From NCBI GenBank assembly GCA_951406725.2, contig OX597823.1, positions 86,056,001-86,120,000 on the forward strand: 64,000 nt of DNA, given 5' to 3'. The notes beneath the pieces are model-generated. The model saw only the letters and a list, made by a program, of their open reading frames with translations. It ran no database searches and was not told where the DNA came from. The position numbers were made by a program, and so were the translations under genes. This document shows, in pieces, positions 15,135 to 29,360 of the stretch (the first letter of the stretch is position 1; every line of letters starts with the position of its first letter). This DNA comes from Octopus vulgaris. Lineage: Eukaryota.

Positions 15135-15186
15135 TGAGTACGTACGTTTCAAGATTAGTTAAAACAACACTTCTTTCTTCAGCTCA
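15135..15186 (-). ncRNA. Minimal type I hammerhead ribozyme, copy 2 of the 546-bp tandem unit
   Basis: Identical to 14589-14640, offset by exactly 546 bp. Confidence 0.8.
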
Positions 15187-15414
15187 GAAATTCCTTGGTT
15201 TGGATTTGGAAACACTGAAAGTAAGAACATACCCTTTCGAAGATTCGCTCGTTACTAACAGTGCCAACAAACCCAAAATAAGCAAGTGAAGAATTTCTGT
15301 TCTCCCCTTTCCACCAGCGTGGGTTAAAATCATCAAACGCTATGCTTATTTCGGTAAAATCCGAAGCATTAATTAGAAGGAGATTAATTATAATTTCAAC
15401 AATTGAGGGTAAAA

Positions 15415-15839
<425 letters not shown>

Positions 15840-15876
15840 AATATATATATATACATATATATGTATTTGTGTGTGA

Positions 15877-15919
<43 letters not shown>

Positions 15920-15923
<4 letters not shown>

Positions 15924-16045
15924 TTAGAGACAAAACCACTATTTTGCAAAACAAACAAGGAAAGACTTAATCAATACATAAAATTTTAATAAAAGTCAAA
16001 AAAACCGCCACTACAATTGTTTCTTGTCTTGATCGACAATCTTAA
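15920..16045 (-). mobile_element. Truncated third copy of the same family; hammerhead 5' core lost
   Basis: TTAGAGACAAAACCACTATTTTGC terminus and CCACTACAATTGTTTC..GTC..GACAATCTT. Homology stops inside CUGAAGA. Confidence 0.55.
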
Positions 16046-16569
16046 ATTCCTTTCTAGAAGGAATAGGAATATCTTTCAAAGATGAATCCCAAAACAGCGG
16101 TTCTATCTTACCTGTAAAATCCATAATTTACGAAATTGAGGTATTACACTCAATATACAAAATTATCAATATATATATATATATATATATTTAACATGTT
16201 ATTATCTAAAAAAATAATGATCAAATGGCCAGCAAACATATTTCAAATAAGCAAATTCTCCGTGCGGGTTTAAAATATGGAGGTGGAAACAGAAATAAGT
16301 CTAAGGCATTTCAATTTAAGAGAGAATTTAATAAAAATGATTTTAAAATTATATAAAGAAAATATTACCGGTTCCAATGTATCTCATCTTATCAATTTAT
16401 CAGTAAAAATTTATAAAAAATTGGAGTAAAAACATTTTATCTTCTATCTGGGGGTCAAGAATATGTCTGGAGATTTTTCATTGAAGTCTTCTGTGAATGT
16501 AGTTTGGTGTAGAGTTCAAAGCGTTAAAGAGAGAGAGAAGGGGTGTCTATTGTCTAAAAGTAACCTTAG

Positions 16570-16769
16570 TGTGTTCTTGCCAAGGGAGTGGCTAAAAAAC
16601 ATTTATTGAATGGATTTTCTGTCCACGTGTGCGTGTGTGTATGTGTGTGTGGGAGAGAGAAAATCTGTGTATTGAGTTGAATGTCCTTCAATATGTTTTT
16701 TGAAAATGACCAGTTGTTCTTCAGACATATTGCAAGGACATTCAACACAATACACACTTTCTCTCTCTG

Positions 16770-16812
<43 letters not shown>

Positions 16813-16866
16813 GACGTAAAACTCATTCTCTAAACGCTTTTTAGCCACTCCCTTAGCAGGAACACA
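16570..16866. repeat. Foldback/MITE-like inverted repeat (~297 bp)
   Basis: TGTGTTCTTGCCAAGGGAGTGGCTAAAAA ... TTTTTAGCCACTCCCTTAGCAGGAACACA. Arms pair imperfectly almost to the centre, including (GT)n/(CA)n. Confidence 0.8.
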
Positions 16867-17429
16867 GAAACATTTCTTTAAGACAAGAGACACCGATAAA
16901 ATAGACAAAAAAAAAAAAGCGAACAAAAAAAACACTGTTAGAATAAGTAAAAGATTTAAAAAGTAAATGTTGGGGTCATTTCGTTCAACTAAAATACTTC
17001 TGACACATAAAAAAGATACTGAACCTTATTCTATCGACAGCGAAAGGAGGAAAAGTGAAGTCGACCCGGACGGCAATTGAGATCGGTACCTAAAGGCGGA
17101 AGAAATGTCACTAGACCTTTTGTCCAGCGCGGCAATGACCCTACTTTTGTATACACACGTGTATGTGTGTGTGTGTGCATATGTGTGTGTGTGTGTGTGT
17201 GTATGTACGTGTATATGCGTTCGTGCATGTGTGTGTCTGTCTATCTGAGTATAATGTATGTATGTATGTATGTATAATTTGTGTTATCTCCCCACTAAAA
17301 TATTGAGTTAATTTGGCGACAAGAGATTGAATTAAAAGGGTCAGATCCTTTTGATTCAATATTTTAACACACTGTTGACTTTTGGCCTTCTCTATAGGAA
17401 TGGTATGATTTGTTTTAAAAATGTTATCA

Positions 17430-17830
17430 GAAACGATAGCACGCCGGACGAAATGCGTAGCCGTATTTCGTCTGCCGTTACATTCTGTGTTCAAATTTCA
17501 CCGAGGTCGACTTTGCCTTTCATCCTTTCGGGGTCAATAAATTAAGTACCAGTTACGCACTGTGGTCGATGTAATCGACTTAATCCGTTCTCTGTCCTTG
17601 TTTGTCCTCTCTGTGTTTAGCCCTTTGTGGGTAGTAAAGAAATAGGTATTTCGTCTGTCTTTACGTTCTGAGTTCAAATTCCACCGAGGTCGACTTTGCC
17701 TTTCATCCTTTCGAGGTTGATACATGAAGTACCAGTTACGTACTGGAGTCGTTGTATTCGACTTAATCCCTTTGTCTGTCCTTGTTTGTGCCTTCTACGT
17801 TTATCCCCTTGTGGGCAATAAAGAAATAAG
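17430..17830 (+). mobile_element. SINE family A, two core+tail units
   Basis: Sequence match to family A. Confidence 0.85.
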
Positions 17831-17919
17831 ATGCTTAATTTTTCCAGTTTAAATGTTTATTAATTTTTTCAGATTTGTATGATTTATTATAAAAAATACT
17901 AATCCTTTGGCTTTTCATG

Positions 17920-18415
<496 letters not shown>

Positions 18416-19107
18416 ACAATATACGATAGCTCGTAATAGCTACCCACACCTTACGAAAGTATGTACTAACATCTGCTATCTTCGATACTGTATACAAATA
18501 TTTCTCACATTCAAACATTCCTTTATTAATCTTTTTGATGAATTTGTACAGAAAATCCTCCAGCCTTGATATTTAACACTTAATAAATCAGTAAAGGTTA
18601 TTAGTTATTAATTAAGGTTAAGATTTCAATTTAATAGAACTGGATGAAGCCATAGAGTAATTAAATAAAGCCATAGAGTAATTTAAAATGCCAGGTCAAA
18701 TATGCTTTTGACTCTTTCTTCGGCCCAGAATACAGAAATAGAATCACACTTATGGTGACTCGGTGACTCACGTTTATTGAAATGAATATATAGAGCAGTA
18801 TTGACTGACTGGTCTGTACGCGTGTACGCATGTGTGTGTGTGTGTGTGTGTGTGTATGCGTGTGTAGGCGTGTGTATGTGAATGTGTGAGTGTGCGTGTG
18901 TGTGAATACGCACATGCAAACATACATGCACAGGCTGATATACTTTTATGTTGATATGCGTGTGTGTGTGTGTGTTTGTGAGTATGTGCATGTATGTGTG
19001 TTATGTAAGTGCGTTTGTGGGTGTGTCAATGTATAAAGAGATACGTGCGCATACACTCATAAACGCGCAAACACGCTCACAAACATAGATAGATAGATAG
19101 ATAGATA

Positions 19108-19294
19108 TGTTTCTTTATTAGCCACACAGGGCTGCACACAGATAGAACAAATTACAAGGTAGAGCTTTTCTTTTGAAGGTTTAAAAAAAAAAAAAAAGAA
19201 AGGAAGGGGGAGTTTCGATCAAAAGGGATCGTAAAAGGAGAGAAAGAGGACAAAAAAAAGGGGGGTTAAAAATAAAAAGGGGGAGAGGAAAAAA

Positions 19295-19295
<1 letters not shown>
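19108..19295 (-). mobile_element. Probable LINE 3' UTR fragment within (GATA)n
   Basis: Shares TTTCTTTATTAGCCAC with the LINE end at 61500; (GATA)n on both sides. Confidence 0.4.
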
Positions 19296-19352
<57 letters not shown>

Positions 19353-19414
19353 GGATGGATAGATAGATAGATAGATGGAGAATAGATAGATTGACTGATT
19401 GAGTGATTGACAGG

Positions 19415-19454
<40 letters not shown>

Positions 19455-19460
19455 CAGATG

Positions 19461-19522
<62 letters not shown>

Positions 19523-19554
19523 CAGACAGATAGGTAGATGAATGGATAGATGGC

Positions 19555-19615
<61 letters not shown>

Positions 19616-19655
19616 TGACAGACAGATAGGTAGATGAATGGATGGATAGATAGAT
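19296..19655. repeat. (GATA)n microsatellite
   Basis: Direct reading. Confidence 0.95.
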
Positions 19656-20381
19656 ATGCATTTATGTATATGTGTGTGTGCATATATGTAGAAAGATACA
19701 CACAGACTCAATCATATACGTAAACTGATATATATATATATGTCTATTGATAAGCGCGCACACGTGTCTGTTTGTGTGAAGGTATGTGCATGTGTATGTC
19801 TGTGTACGAGTATACATTCGCTACACGCATTGAAACACGCTTACAAAAATATTGCTTTACATGTGAGCGTGTGTGTATGTTTGTGTTTGTTAGTCTTGTT
19901 TCCGTCATTAGATCGCGGCCATACTGTGGCACCGCTTTGAAGGGTTGAGCCAAACGAATCAATACCAGTAATTATCACTTTTTTTTAAACCCTACTATCT
20001 ATTCTATCGACCTGCTTTGGTCAAGCAGCACGTAAACAAACCAGCACGGTTGTCAAGCGGTGGAGGGAAGGAAGACACTCACACATGCATACATTTGCTC
20101 ACACACACACACGCACACACTCGTACATTTTACGTCAAAATAAAAACAGTTTACATTAAACTGAAGGATTACTGAATATACATTTTAGAATAAAAATGTT
20201 ATTCATTAACAAGGATAGTGTTGATAATGACTTTGGGGGCCGCCTACGCTATCATCAGATTGGACTGTTCGACGATGGGTAATCTGGTTGAAACTTCAAA
20301 ATCACTGAGAAAACTATTCTTCTTGAAGGATTATATATCTATATAAAAAGAGGCCTCAGGTTTATATATATATATACAAAC

Positions 20382-20518
20382 AAAACCTTCCGAGGGACGG
20401 GAACGTGAAACTCTGAGTAACAGTTTTTGTGAAACTTTCCATAAAGTTTTAATACTATATTTGTTCCACGTCCTCGCGTTGTGATTTTTTTGTGCATTCT
20501 TGTTTGGATTAACTATAT
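20382..20518 (+). mobile_element. Hammerhead-like element fragment between TA tracts
   Basis: CCGAGGG-ACG GGAA CGU-GAA-ACUC U GAGU-A-ACAGUUUU. Its 3' end TGTTTGGATTAACTA also occurs inverted at ~7782-7826. Confidence 0.45.
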
Positions 20519-20531
20519 ATCTATCTATCTA

Positions 20532-20565
<34 letters not shown>

Positions 20566-20573
<8 letters not shown>

Positions 20574-20709
20574 AGGGTATCTAAGAGACACCACCGCGCT
20601 GGAAATAGCAGCCAAAACTTGACTCTAAAACCACATTAACGTGGGTTTAGAGTCAAGTTTTGGCTTCTGTTTACAGCATAGTGGTGTCTCTTAAATACCC
20701 TAAATTATA
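20566..20709. repeat. ~144-bp imperfect palindrome (MITE-like) next to (TA)n
   Basis: TATAATTTAGGGTAT.TAAGAGACACCAC..GACTCTAAA.CCAC(ATTAAC)GTGG.TTTAGAGTC..GTGGTGTCTCTTA.ATACCCTAAATTATA. Confidence 0.85.
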
Positions 20710-21344
20710 AATTTAATAATAATTATTACATCTGAAGGTTTTTATTCCCATGCTGGCCACTTGATAAGATCGATATTTATATGTAGATGTGTTCCACAGC
20801 CAACTGGAAACGGTGTTTCCTGGGGCTAAATAGCTGTAGCGATCTTCCCTTTCCTGGGACTCCCACATTAAGTTGGCAACAACTTGCTTAAGGTGCCGCG
20901 CAGTGTGACTGAAACCGAAACCACGTTGTTTTAAAACAAATTTCTTTATCACACATCTATACGTGCGTCTAGTGGTCATCATTTGAACTTATCTTCTTTA
21001 TATCCTCAAAGGCTTGTATAACTGACCCGGACTACAGGAAGACATAAACTCTTACAGTTTGACGTCCAATCCGTAGGAAGATATCTTTATTACAGATCAT
21101 TCCGCCTCAGTAACTTTGTTATTTGCTGTATGGTTTCAGCTTCATAAATACTATTAGCTATAACACCATGATCAAGTTCCAAAGGCGCTTCAACATGGTC
21201 AGTCACCTAACTAGAAATAGCAGCCAAATTTTTTGAATGACGCTCCATCTTTTATCTTCAACTTGCTGCAGCCATTGCACTGCAGCTATACTGGCGCGTC
21301 ATCATGAAGGGTTTTAATCAAACAAAAGGACCTCAGTATTTTTA

Positions 21345-21690
21345 ATTTCGTCTGCCGTTAAGTCCTGAGTTCAAATTGCACATAGGTCGACTTTGCCTTT
21401 CATCTTTTCGGGGGTAGATTAAATAAGTACCAGTTATGCACTGGGGTCGATGTAATAAACTTAATCCGTTTGTCTGTCATTGTTTGTCCCCTCTGTGTTT
21501 AGCCCCTTGTGGGTAGTAAAGAAATAGGTATTTCGTCAGCCGCTACGGTCTGAGTTTAAATTCCGCCGAGGTCGACTTTGCCTTTCATCCTTTCGGAATC
21601 GATAAATTAAGTACTACTGGAGTCAATCTAACCGACTGGCCTCTTCCCCCAAAATTTCGGGCCTTGTGCCTCGAGAAGAAAAGAATATTT
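21345..21690 (+). mobile_element. SINE family A, 5'-truncated composite
   Basis: Sequence match to family A. Confidence 0.8.
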
Positions 21691-21869
21691 CTTCAGACTT
21701 TACATTCGGAATTCAAATTCCGCCCAAGTCAATCTTGCTTTTCCAACGTCTGGAATAAGTAAAAGATGAAAAGTAGGATATTATTTGGAAATTGGCTGCT
21801 ATTTTTATTAGGCTGAATGACCACCTTTGAGGCGCCGTTTGGGGCTGTTCATGCTACTTTTCTTAGTAG

Positions 21870-22110
21870 TACTTAAAAAGCTGAGAAGCTGTAGTAAACA
21901 ACCAAGTCAACTGGACTGAATGGCTTGTATTAAATAGCTCTCTTCCTACACACCGGACATCAAATTGCAGGAGGTCAGTTGTGTCTCCCACCTGTTCAGG
22001 TCAATTAAGCAGGCCCTTGAGGAAGTAGAGAAGGTAGCTGCAAACAATGATCACTCTTCCCGTCCCCTTCACAATTATTTGTGAACTTGTGCCAGTGGAT
22101 TGAACGCTAT
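21870..22110 (+). pseudogene. Possible highly degenerate mariner transposase fragment
   Basis: One frame reads SYTPDI....HLFRSIKQALEEVEK, reminiscent of YSPDLAPSDYHLFRS. Confidence 0.35.
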
Positions 22111-22244
22111 CAATAATACTCGCGGCTTTGGCGGTGCGGTTAACTAAGTTGTTTCATAGCCACGTGATTTCAAGTTAAAACCTATTGCCGGCTACGTTAC
22201 CCCATGTTTTTTTTGGGGGGGTGGGGGTAATAAGCTTGCTTCCC

Positions 22245-22342
22245 TACCACATGGACTCAGTCCCACTGCGTAGCAGCTTGGTCAAGTGTCTTCTACTATA
22301 GCCTGGATTTAGTAGACGGAAACTAAAAAAAGAAGACCGTTG

Positions 22343-22423
<81 letters not shown>

Positions 22424-22630
22424 GTGTGTGTGCATGTTTGTATGTTTGTCCCTACACCATCGCTTGACAACCGATGTTGGTGTGTTTACGTCACCGAAAC
22501 TAGCAGCTCGGTACAAGAGACCGACAGAATAAGTAATTGGCTTACAAGGAATAAGTCCCGAGGTCGATTTGTTCAACTAATGGCGGTGCTCCACCATGGC
22601 TGCAGTGAAATGACTGAAACAAGTAAAAGT
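22245..22630 (+). mobile_element. SINE family B, internally deleted
   Basis: Sequence match; internal (TA)/(TG) tract. Confidence 0.75.
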
Positions 22631-22639
22631 GTAACCCCG

Positions 22640-23035
22640 GGTAAAATGCTTCGTAGCATTTCTCCCCCAATTTTACATTCTGAATTAAACTGTTGCCGAG
22701 GTCAACTTTGCCTTTCATCTTTTTTTTTTCTTTTTGGCATCCATGGAATAAATATCAATTGACCACTACGGTCGATGATATAGATTAGCTCCTCACCACC
22801 CAAAATTTCAGGTTTCGTGTATAACGTAGAAAGGGAAGGCGGCGAACTGGCAGAACCGTCAGCGTGCCTGACAAAATGTCCGTCTATACGCTCGAGTTCC
22901 AAAATCCGCCGAGGTTGACTTTGCCTTTCATCCTTTCGAGGTCGATAAATTAAGCACCAGTGAAACACTGGGGTTCGATGTAATCGACTAGTCCCCTCCC
23001 ACAAAATTCCAAGCCTTCTGCCGATAGTAAAATGG
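22640..23035 (+). mobile_element. Two adjacent diverged SINE family A copies
   Basis: Cores at ~22700 and ~22915; head at 22838. Confidence 0.7.
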
Positions 23036-23046
23036 GTTATCTTTAA

Positions 23047-23356
<310 letters not shown>

Positions 23357-23682
23357 TGCATATACTCGAATCACGATTGTTGCTGCTAGAATGCCTGTGA
23401 TCACGAGCGTGTTCGATCAAAACCGATCTTGGTATTAAACAACAACAAAAACAACCACCACCTACGCAGCGTCATTATTTCGCTGACGAACATCTCACGT
23501 GTTTTCAACATTCGAGTAATAAAGTTTTTAAAAGAACCACAATCCACTCCCTACTTTTATCATACTTAAATAGCTATTGTCATTTCAGTACACTAAATAA
23601 TTTTGCTATCACTTTAAGCTGCTTAATCTGTTATATTAATGGCAATGCTCCAGACGAAAATCCAATATTGCTTATTTTATAA

Positions 23683-23915
23683 GGCGGTGAGCTGGCAGAA
23701 TCGTTAGCACGCCAGGTGAAATGCTTAGCAGTATTTCGTCTGCCGTTACGTTCTGAGTTCAAATTCCGCCGAGGTCGACTTTGCATTTCATCCTTTCGGG
23801 GTCGATAAATTAAGTACAAGTTAAATACTAGGGTTCATGTAATCGACTTAATCCCTTTGTCTGTCCTTGTTTGTCCCCTCTGTGTTTAGACCCTTGTGGG
23901 CAATAAAGAAATAAG
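23683..23915 (+). mobile_element. SINE family A monomer
   Basis: Head, B box, core and CCCTTGTGGGCAATAAAGAAAT tail. Confidence 0.85.
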
Positions 23916-23998
23916 AAACGCTTGCACGCCAGACGAAATACTCCAGTATGGCCGCAGTCCAATAATTGAAAGAAGCAAAACACACAAAAGGAAGATTC

Positions 23999-24071
<73 letters not shown>

Positions 24072-24772
24072 AATGTAATATGTGACAATTATTCGGTAGC
24101 CATGATAAAACTCCAAGTTTCGGATGTTTGGGTGGAAATCCACACTGCCATCTCTTCAGTTATCCGGCCATCGGAAAAAATGCTATGAAAATGAACGCTA
24201 AACAAAGATAAATATTGACCTTTATTGAGACAAAAGAGCTATTTGAATGACCGTGCTTGTGCATATAAAGACATGTTTATGAACCTTTTTGGTGTACGTG
24301 TGTGTGTGTGGGGATTGTATATATATATGTTTCTTGGCGAATGGTGTGGGTGAGAATGTGTATGTTTCAAGTGAGGGTGAATGAGTGTATACTTATAGGC
24401 GCTTGTACGTGGGTGTGCGGGCGCGCAAGTGTAGGTATGGACATGCGTGCTTACGCGAATACTATGTACATTTTTACCCCCTTACTTTTACTCCCCCTCA
24501 CTTAGCGGTTATTCAAATAGCTCTTTTGTCTTAATAACGGTCAATTACACGCTAATTTCCCCTTGCTTAATGGTCATTTTCATAGCATTTTTTCCGGTGG
24601 CCGGATAACTGAAGAGATGGTGGCGTGGATTTCCACCCCGATATCCCAAACTTGGAGTTTTATCATGGTTACCGAATAATTGTTACATATTACATTTACA
24701 GATAAATTCCTCAATTTACATAGTATCGAGGTCTCTTTCATTATTTTGCTGTCTTACCATTTCTATCAACAT
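24072..24772 (+). mobile_element. Diverged inverted-arm-plus-tail element in (TA)n
   Basis: Arms ~24072-24253 and ~24506-24696, tail to ~24772. The right-arm hammerhead (24604-24664) has GAAA changed to CAAA. Confidence 0.6.
24104..24164 (-). ncRNA. Hammerhead ribozyme motif in the left arm of an inverted element
   Basis: GAUAA-CUGAAGA-GAUG..GUGG(AUUU)CCAC..CAUC-C-GAA-ACU UGG AGU-U-UUAUC. GUU triplet; one extra C before GAAA. Confidence 0.6.
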
Positions 24773-24795
24773 ATATATATATAGATACACATATA

Positions 24796-24957
24796 GGCGC
24801 AGGAGTGACTGTGTGGTAAGTAGCTTGCTAACCAACCACATGGTCGCGGGTTCAGTCCCACTGCGTGGCATCTTGGCCAAGTGTCTTCTGCTATAGCCCC
24901 GGGCCGACCAATGCCTTGTGAGTGGATTTGGTAGACGGAAACTGAAAGAAGCCTGTC

Positions 24958-25002
<45 letters not shown>

Positions 25003-25218
25003 TGTGTTTGTGTGTCTGTGTTTGTCCCCCTAGCATTGCTTGACAACCGATGCTGGTGTGTTTACGTCCCCGTCACTTAGCGGTTCGGCAAAAGAGACCG
25101 ATAGAATAAGTACTGGGCTTACAAAGAATAAGTCCCGGGGTCGATTTGATCGACTAAAAGCGGTGCTCCAGCATGGCAGCAGTCAAATGACTGAAACAAG
25201 TAAAAGAGTAAAGGAGTA
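24796..25218 (+). mobile_element. SINE family B, full length with internal (TA)n
   Basis: tRNA-like head GGCGCAGGAGTG.CTGTGTGGTAAG..GGTTCAGTCCC, CORE-like CTTGG.CAAGTGTC, internal microsatellite, 3' GACTGAAACAAGTAAAAGAGTAAA tail. Confidence 0.85.
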
Positions 25219-26189
25219 ATACACCCGGATGCACAGGCGCGCGCGCACACACACACACACACATATATATATATCCGCGTGTCATACACTCTCACTCATA
25301 AACGTATAAAAATGCGTGTGAATTCGTATGCGTCTTTGTACGAGCGTGTATGAGAAAGAGACAAAGGGCGTGGAGATTGTCGAGTAAAATCTTGTGTGTG
25401 TGTGTTTGCGTGTATCAACTGTATCGTATATCTTAAATGACAAAAGAAAATGTGTTACAATGAAATACGAACGTTAAACCCATTGATTAAAGTGAAGCAT
25501 TAGTAATATGGGATATTTGTTCGTAGTATATATTTACAACAAGAAAGTTCACCTAATACCTTGCGTCGAAACATTATATATCGTTACAATCTGCTGGCGT
25601 CATCTTTGTTTTCTAATTTACAATTTATAGATACAATTTAAGAGCTAAATGTTCATTGCTTTCTCTATATGTTTTAATTACGCAGGTCTACAGAATTTGG
25701 AAACGGAAATGTTTCTATTGAGCAGTTTAGTGTTACAGAAGCATTTTTGTATTAGATAAATCCAGATTTGGTATTTGTTTTCACCAAATTTTCAGATTTT
25801 GTTGTTTATGATATTAAGCCTCCTCTTCTCTTTTCGCTATCGTCGGCGAAAAACATCTCCGTTTCTGGCTGAAATCTTACATTAGTAACTTATGTACCCT
25901 ATTTGCGACAGAATGGTGATAACGAAATATTTTTCACACTCTGGCTCACTGCTGCCAAGTCAGAAGAGGACATAAAGTCGAGGAACACTACATTTCTTAT
26001 GAAAAATAAAGGTAGCGTGTATACAGAGATTCTGACATAATTGGTGAAATCGAATGACATAACTGGATTCAGCTCGAAAAAGTGCTTCCGGAAAAATTTT
26101 CGTTTCAACACCAATCCCAAAATTCTACATATATGTTAGTGAAAACGAAGAGGTGTTTCAAGAACTCGGATATCTGCAATAAAAAATTT

Positions 26190-26319
26190 ATCAACCAGAT
26201 GGTTTCGGGTTCAGTCCCACTGCATGTCACCTTGGGCAAGTGTCTTCTACTATAGCCTCGGGCCGACCAAAGCCTTGTGAGTGGATTTGGTAGACGGAAA
26301 CTGAAAGAAGCCCGTCGTA

Positions 26320-26369
<50 letters not shown>

Positions 26370-26600
26370 AGTTTGTGTGTTCGTGTTTGTCCCCCTAGCA
26401 TTGCTTGACAACCGATGCTGGTGTGTTTATGTCCCCGTCACTTAGCGGTTCGGCAAAAGAGACCGATAGAATAAGTACTGGGCTTACAAAGAATAAGTGC
26501 CGGGGTCGAGTTGCTCGATTAAATGCGGTGCTCCAGCATGGCCGCAGTCAAATGACTGAAACAAGTAAAAGAGTAAAAGAGTAAAAGAGTAAAAGAGAAT
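26190..26600 (+). mobile_element. SINE family B
   Basis: Match to 24796-25218; (GAGTAAAA)n tail. Confidence 0.85.
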
Positions 26601-27194
26601 GCAGTAAAATATACAGGACAGAATAATAACAGTAAGGGGAGTTTACTTAAGGGTAAAGAAAGGCAAGCAGGAAAAAGGGAGAGTAAAAGGTCTAATGAAC
26701 AGATTTTACATTGAGCGAGGGGTATGTCCACTTTGTAACCACAACGGCAACTTTGACAAGCGGATCCGAGTGTATTTCACGGTCTTGTGACTGAATTTGG
26801 TAAATGGAAACTGTATTGAAGTCCCTTATATATACAAACAAATGTATGTACGTTTTTCACCCTATTAATTGGCAACCAGATTTGGTGTTTCTACATCCAC
26901 TTGACTTAGTGGTTAATTGAAAGAAAGTGATAAAATATGTACTAGTTCGACAAAAAAGTACAAAAAAGTCGATGCCCCAGCATGGCTGCAGTTCAATGTC
27001 TGAAGCAGTAAAATTTAAGAGATAAAAAACGTGTCATTTTCTCTTATAAACATTCGATATTTATATGCTGTGTCACTATTGACATTTAATGATTGGACTC
27101 AGTCACTGAAAAAACCCCAACTCGTGATTGAAAGTAGATCTATTCATGTCCGTCCTCTATACATACATTTATTTATGAATGAAAATTAGGATAT

Positions 27195-27335
27195 GTGTAT
27201 ATGTGAAGTGTATGTTAAGTGTATGTGAAGTGTATATGAAGTGTATGTGAAGTGTATGTGAAGTATGTGAAGTGCATGTGAAGTGAATGGGAAGTTTATG
27301 TGAAGCGTATGGGAAGTATATGTGAAGTGTATATG
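27195..27335. repeat. ~11-bp minisatellite (ATGTGAAGTGT)n
   Basis: About 12 imperfect units. Confidence 0.85.
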
Positions 27336-27626
27336 ATGGTGCATGGATCAGTGGTTAGCGTATTCAGCTCACGATCTTAGAATCGTGAGTTCGAAAACCG
27401 GTGATGTGTTGTGTCCTTTATTTCACTTGCTCCAGTTCACTCAGCTGGCAAAATGGAGTAGCACCAGTAATTCAAGGAGCCAGCCTTGTTACATCCTGTG
27501 TCACGCCGAATCTCCCTGAGAATTACGTTGCGAGTACACGTGTCTATGGAGTGCTCAGCCACTTGCACTTTACTTTCACGAGAAGACTATTCCATTGATC
27601 GGATCATCGTAACCGAGGGTGTGCCA
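27335..27626 (+). mobile_element. SINE with family C-like head and the 3' tail seen at 1860-2005
   Basis: Head CAGTGGTTAGCG..GAGTTCGA; tail TGTCACGC.GAAT.TCCC.GAGAA.TAC..CCACTTGCAC. Confidence 0.65.
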
Positions 27627-27983
27627 TATGAGGGTTCACACACACAAACATACACCCCCCAAACATGCTCACATTTAGGTACATATATAAATATATCGAA
27701 AGGATCAAAGAAGGTCCTTCGTGAGACATTGGCTAATAAGGTCTGTTTCCTTGATTCTGTGGAGTATGTATTCCCCACAGGACGAGACGACACTCCATCA
27801 CACGATTAATCACTTTTGCCGACCGAGTAGACTGGACGAATATCAAATGAAGTGTTTTGCTCCAGAACACAACATATCACCCTGACCACTAAACCCGCGC
27901 CTCCACAGACACACGCACACACACATATAAATATACACATACACACACACACTCACACATATATATATGTGTATGTAAGTAAG

Positions 27984-28017
<34 letters not shown>

Positions 28018-28041
28018 TATATATCTATATCTATCTATCTA

Positions 28042-28101
<60 letters not shown>

Positions 28102-28103
28102 CA

Positions 28104-28295
28104 TGGGGAAACATCACAAAAAAACAACAAAAGACTAAAACAAATGTTGTAGACAACAAACAGATGTATCAGTTTAACGCTCGGGAAGGGAAAAAAGCTT
28201 TAATGTTTCGAGCCTACGCTCTTCCACAGAAAGGAAAACAGAAAGAAACAAGGAGAGAAAATAAAGAATGTGTAGTGGCTAGCGATTTATCATGG
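28104..28295 (-). mobile_element. Repeat with variant hammerhead-like core (28198-28233)
   Basis: CUUU-CUGUGGA-A-GAGC GUAG GCUC-GAA-ACAU-U-AAAG; adjoins (TA)n. Confidence 0.45.
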
Positions 28296-28310
28296 CGAAT
28301 ACAAGTATTA

Positions 28311-28358
<48 letters not shown>

Positions 28359-28845
28359 ATGTATGTATGGATGGATGGATTTATGTATGTATATGCATAT
28401 ATGTATATGTACGTGTTTATGCATGTATATATGTATTTTATATATGTTCGAGTCCTTTGGGCAACCTTCTACTATTTTTGTTATCAAGATCTTTTATAAT
28501 CAAAGTTTTACACGCTATTTTCACAGTTTATGAGTTTCGAGATCCACTATTCTATAACAATTATTTCACGTTCTCTCGAAGTTTCTATATTCTTATGATG
28601 TCAACAACATGTAATTCTCACTGGTAAGAATAAAGGTTTTGATATGGATAAAGGAATGCTTTGGTCGAATGGAAAACAGCCTGTCACGTTTACAGGGAAT
28701 ATGCATTCGAGTTTCGCTGGCTGCTTCAGATTTTTTCGTTCAAAAGGGGGTTTAAACTAATGTTTGTATATTACTTATAGCTTTATTAGCATCGAGATCC
28801 ACTGTTCCCAAAAAGAACAATATTATGTATATGTTTATATATATG

Positions 28846-28898
<53 letters not shown>

Positions 28899-29320
28899 AT
28901 ATATATATATATATGTATGTATGTATGTGCATGTTCATGTGTGTATGTCTTATTCTGAGTGTGTGTATTTATGTCTTTAAAGTTGATATTGCCATTACAT
29001 CGTTGATTTTATATTTGATTTTATTTTCAAGGGTATTATAAATCTATATTTATGCATTTTGTGCGCGCGCACGTGTGTGTGTGAGAGTGTATGTGTGTTT
29101 AATGAGAAGAATAAAATCCAAATCTCATAAGTTTGTCCTCTGCTATTCTTTACATTTTTTTTTTTAAATATATATCTAAAATACTAGCGTTTTTATATAA
29201 TTTTATTGTGTGAAATTATTTTAAAAATTATTTTTATAGCAGATCAAAATAAAATGGAAAATAAACATCGAGTCCAGAGGTAAGAGTGACTAAATGAGAA
29301 AATATGAGTAAGAGAATGGC

Positions 29321-29360
<40 letters not shown>

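Noticed and set aside
20218-20262. Minus-strand CTGATGATAG...TATCAAAC
   Set aside because: Lacks GAAA and the closing stems.
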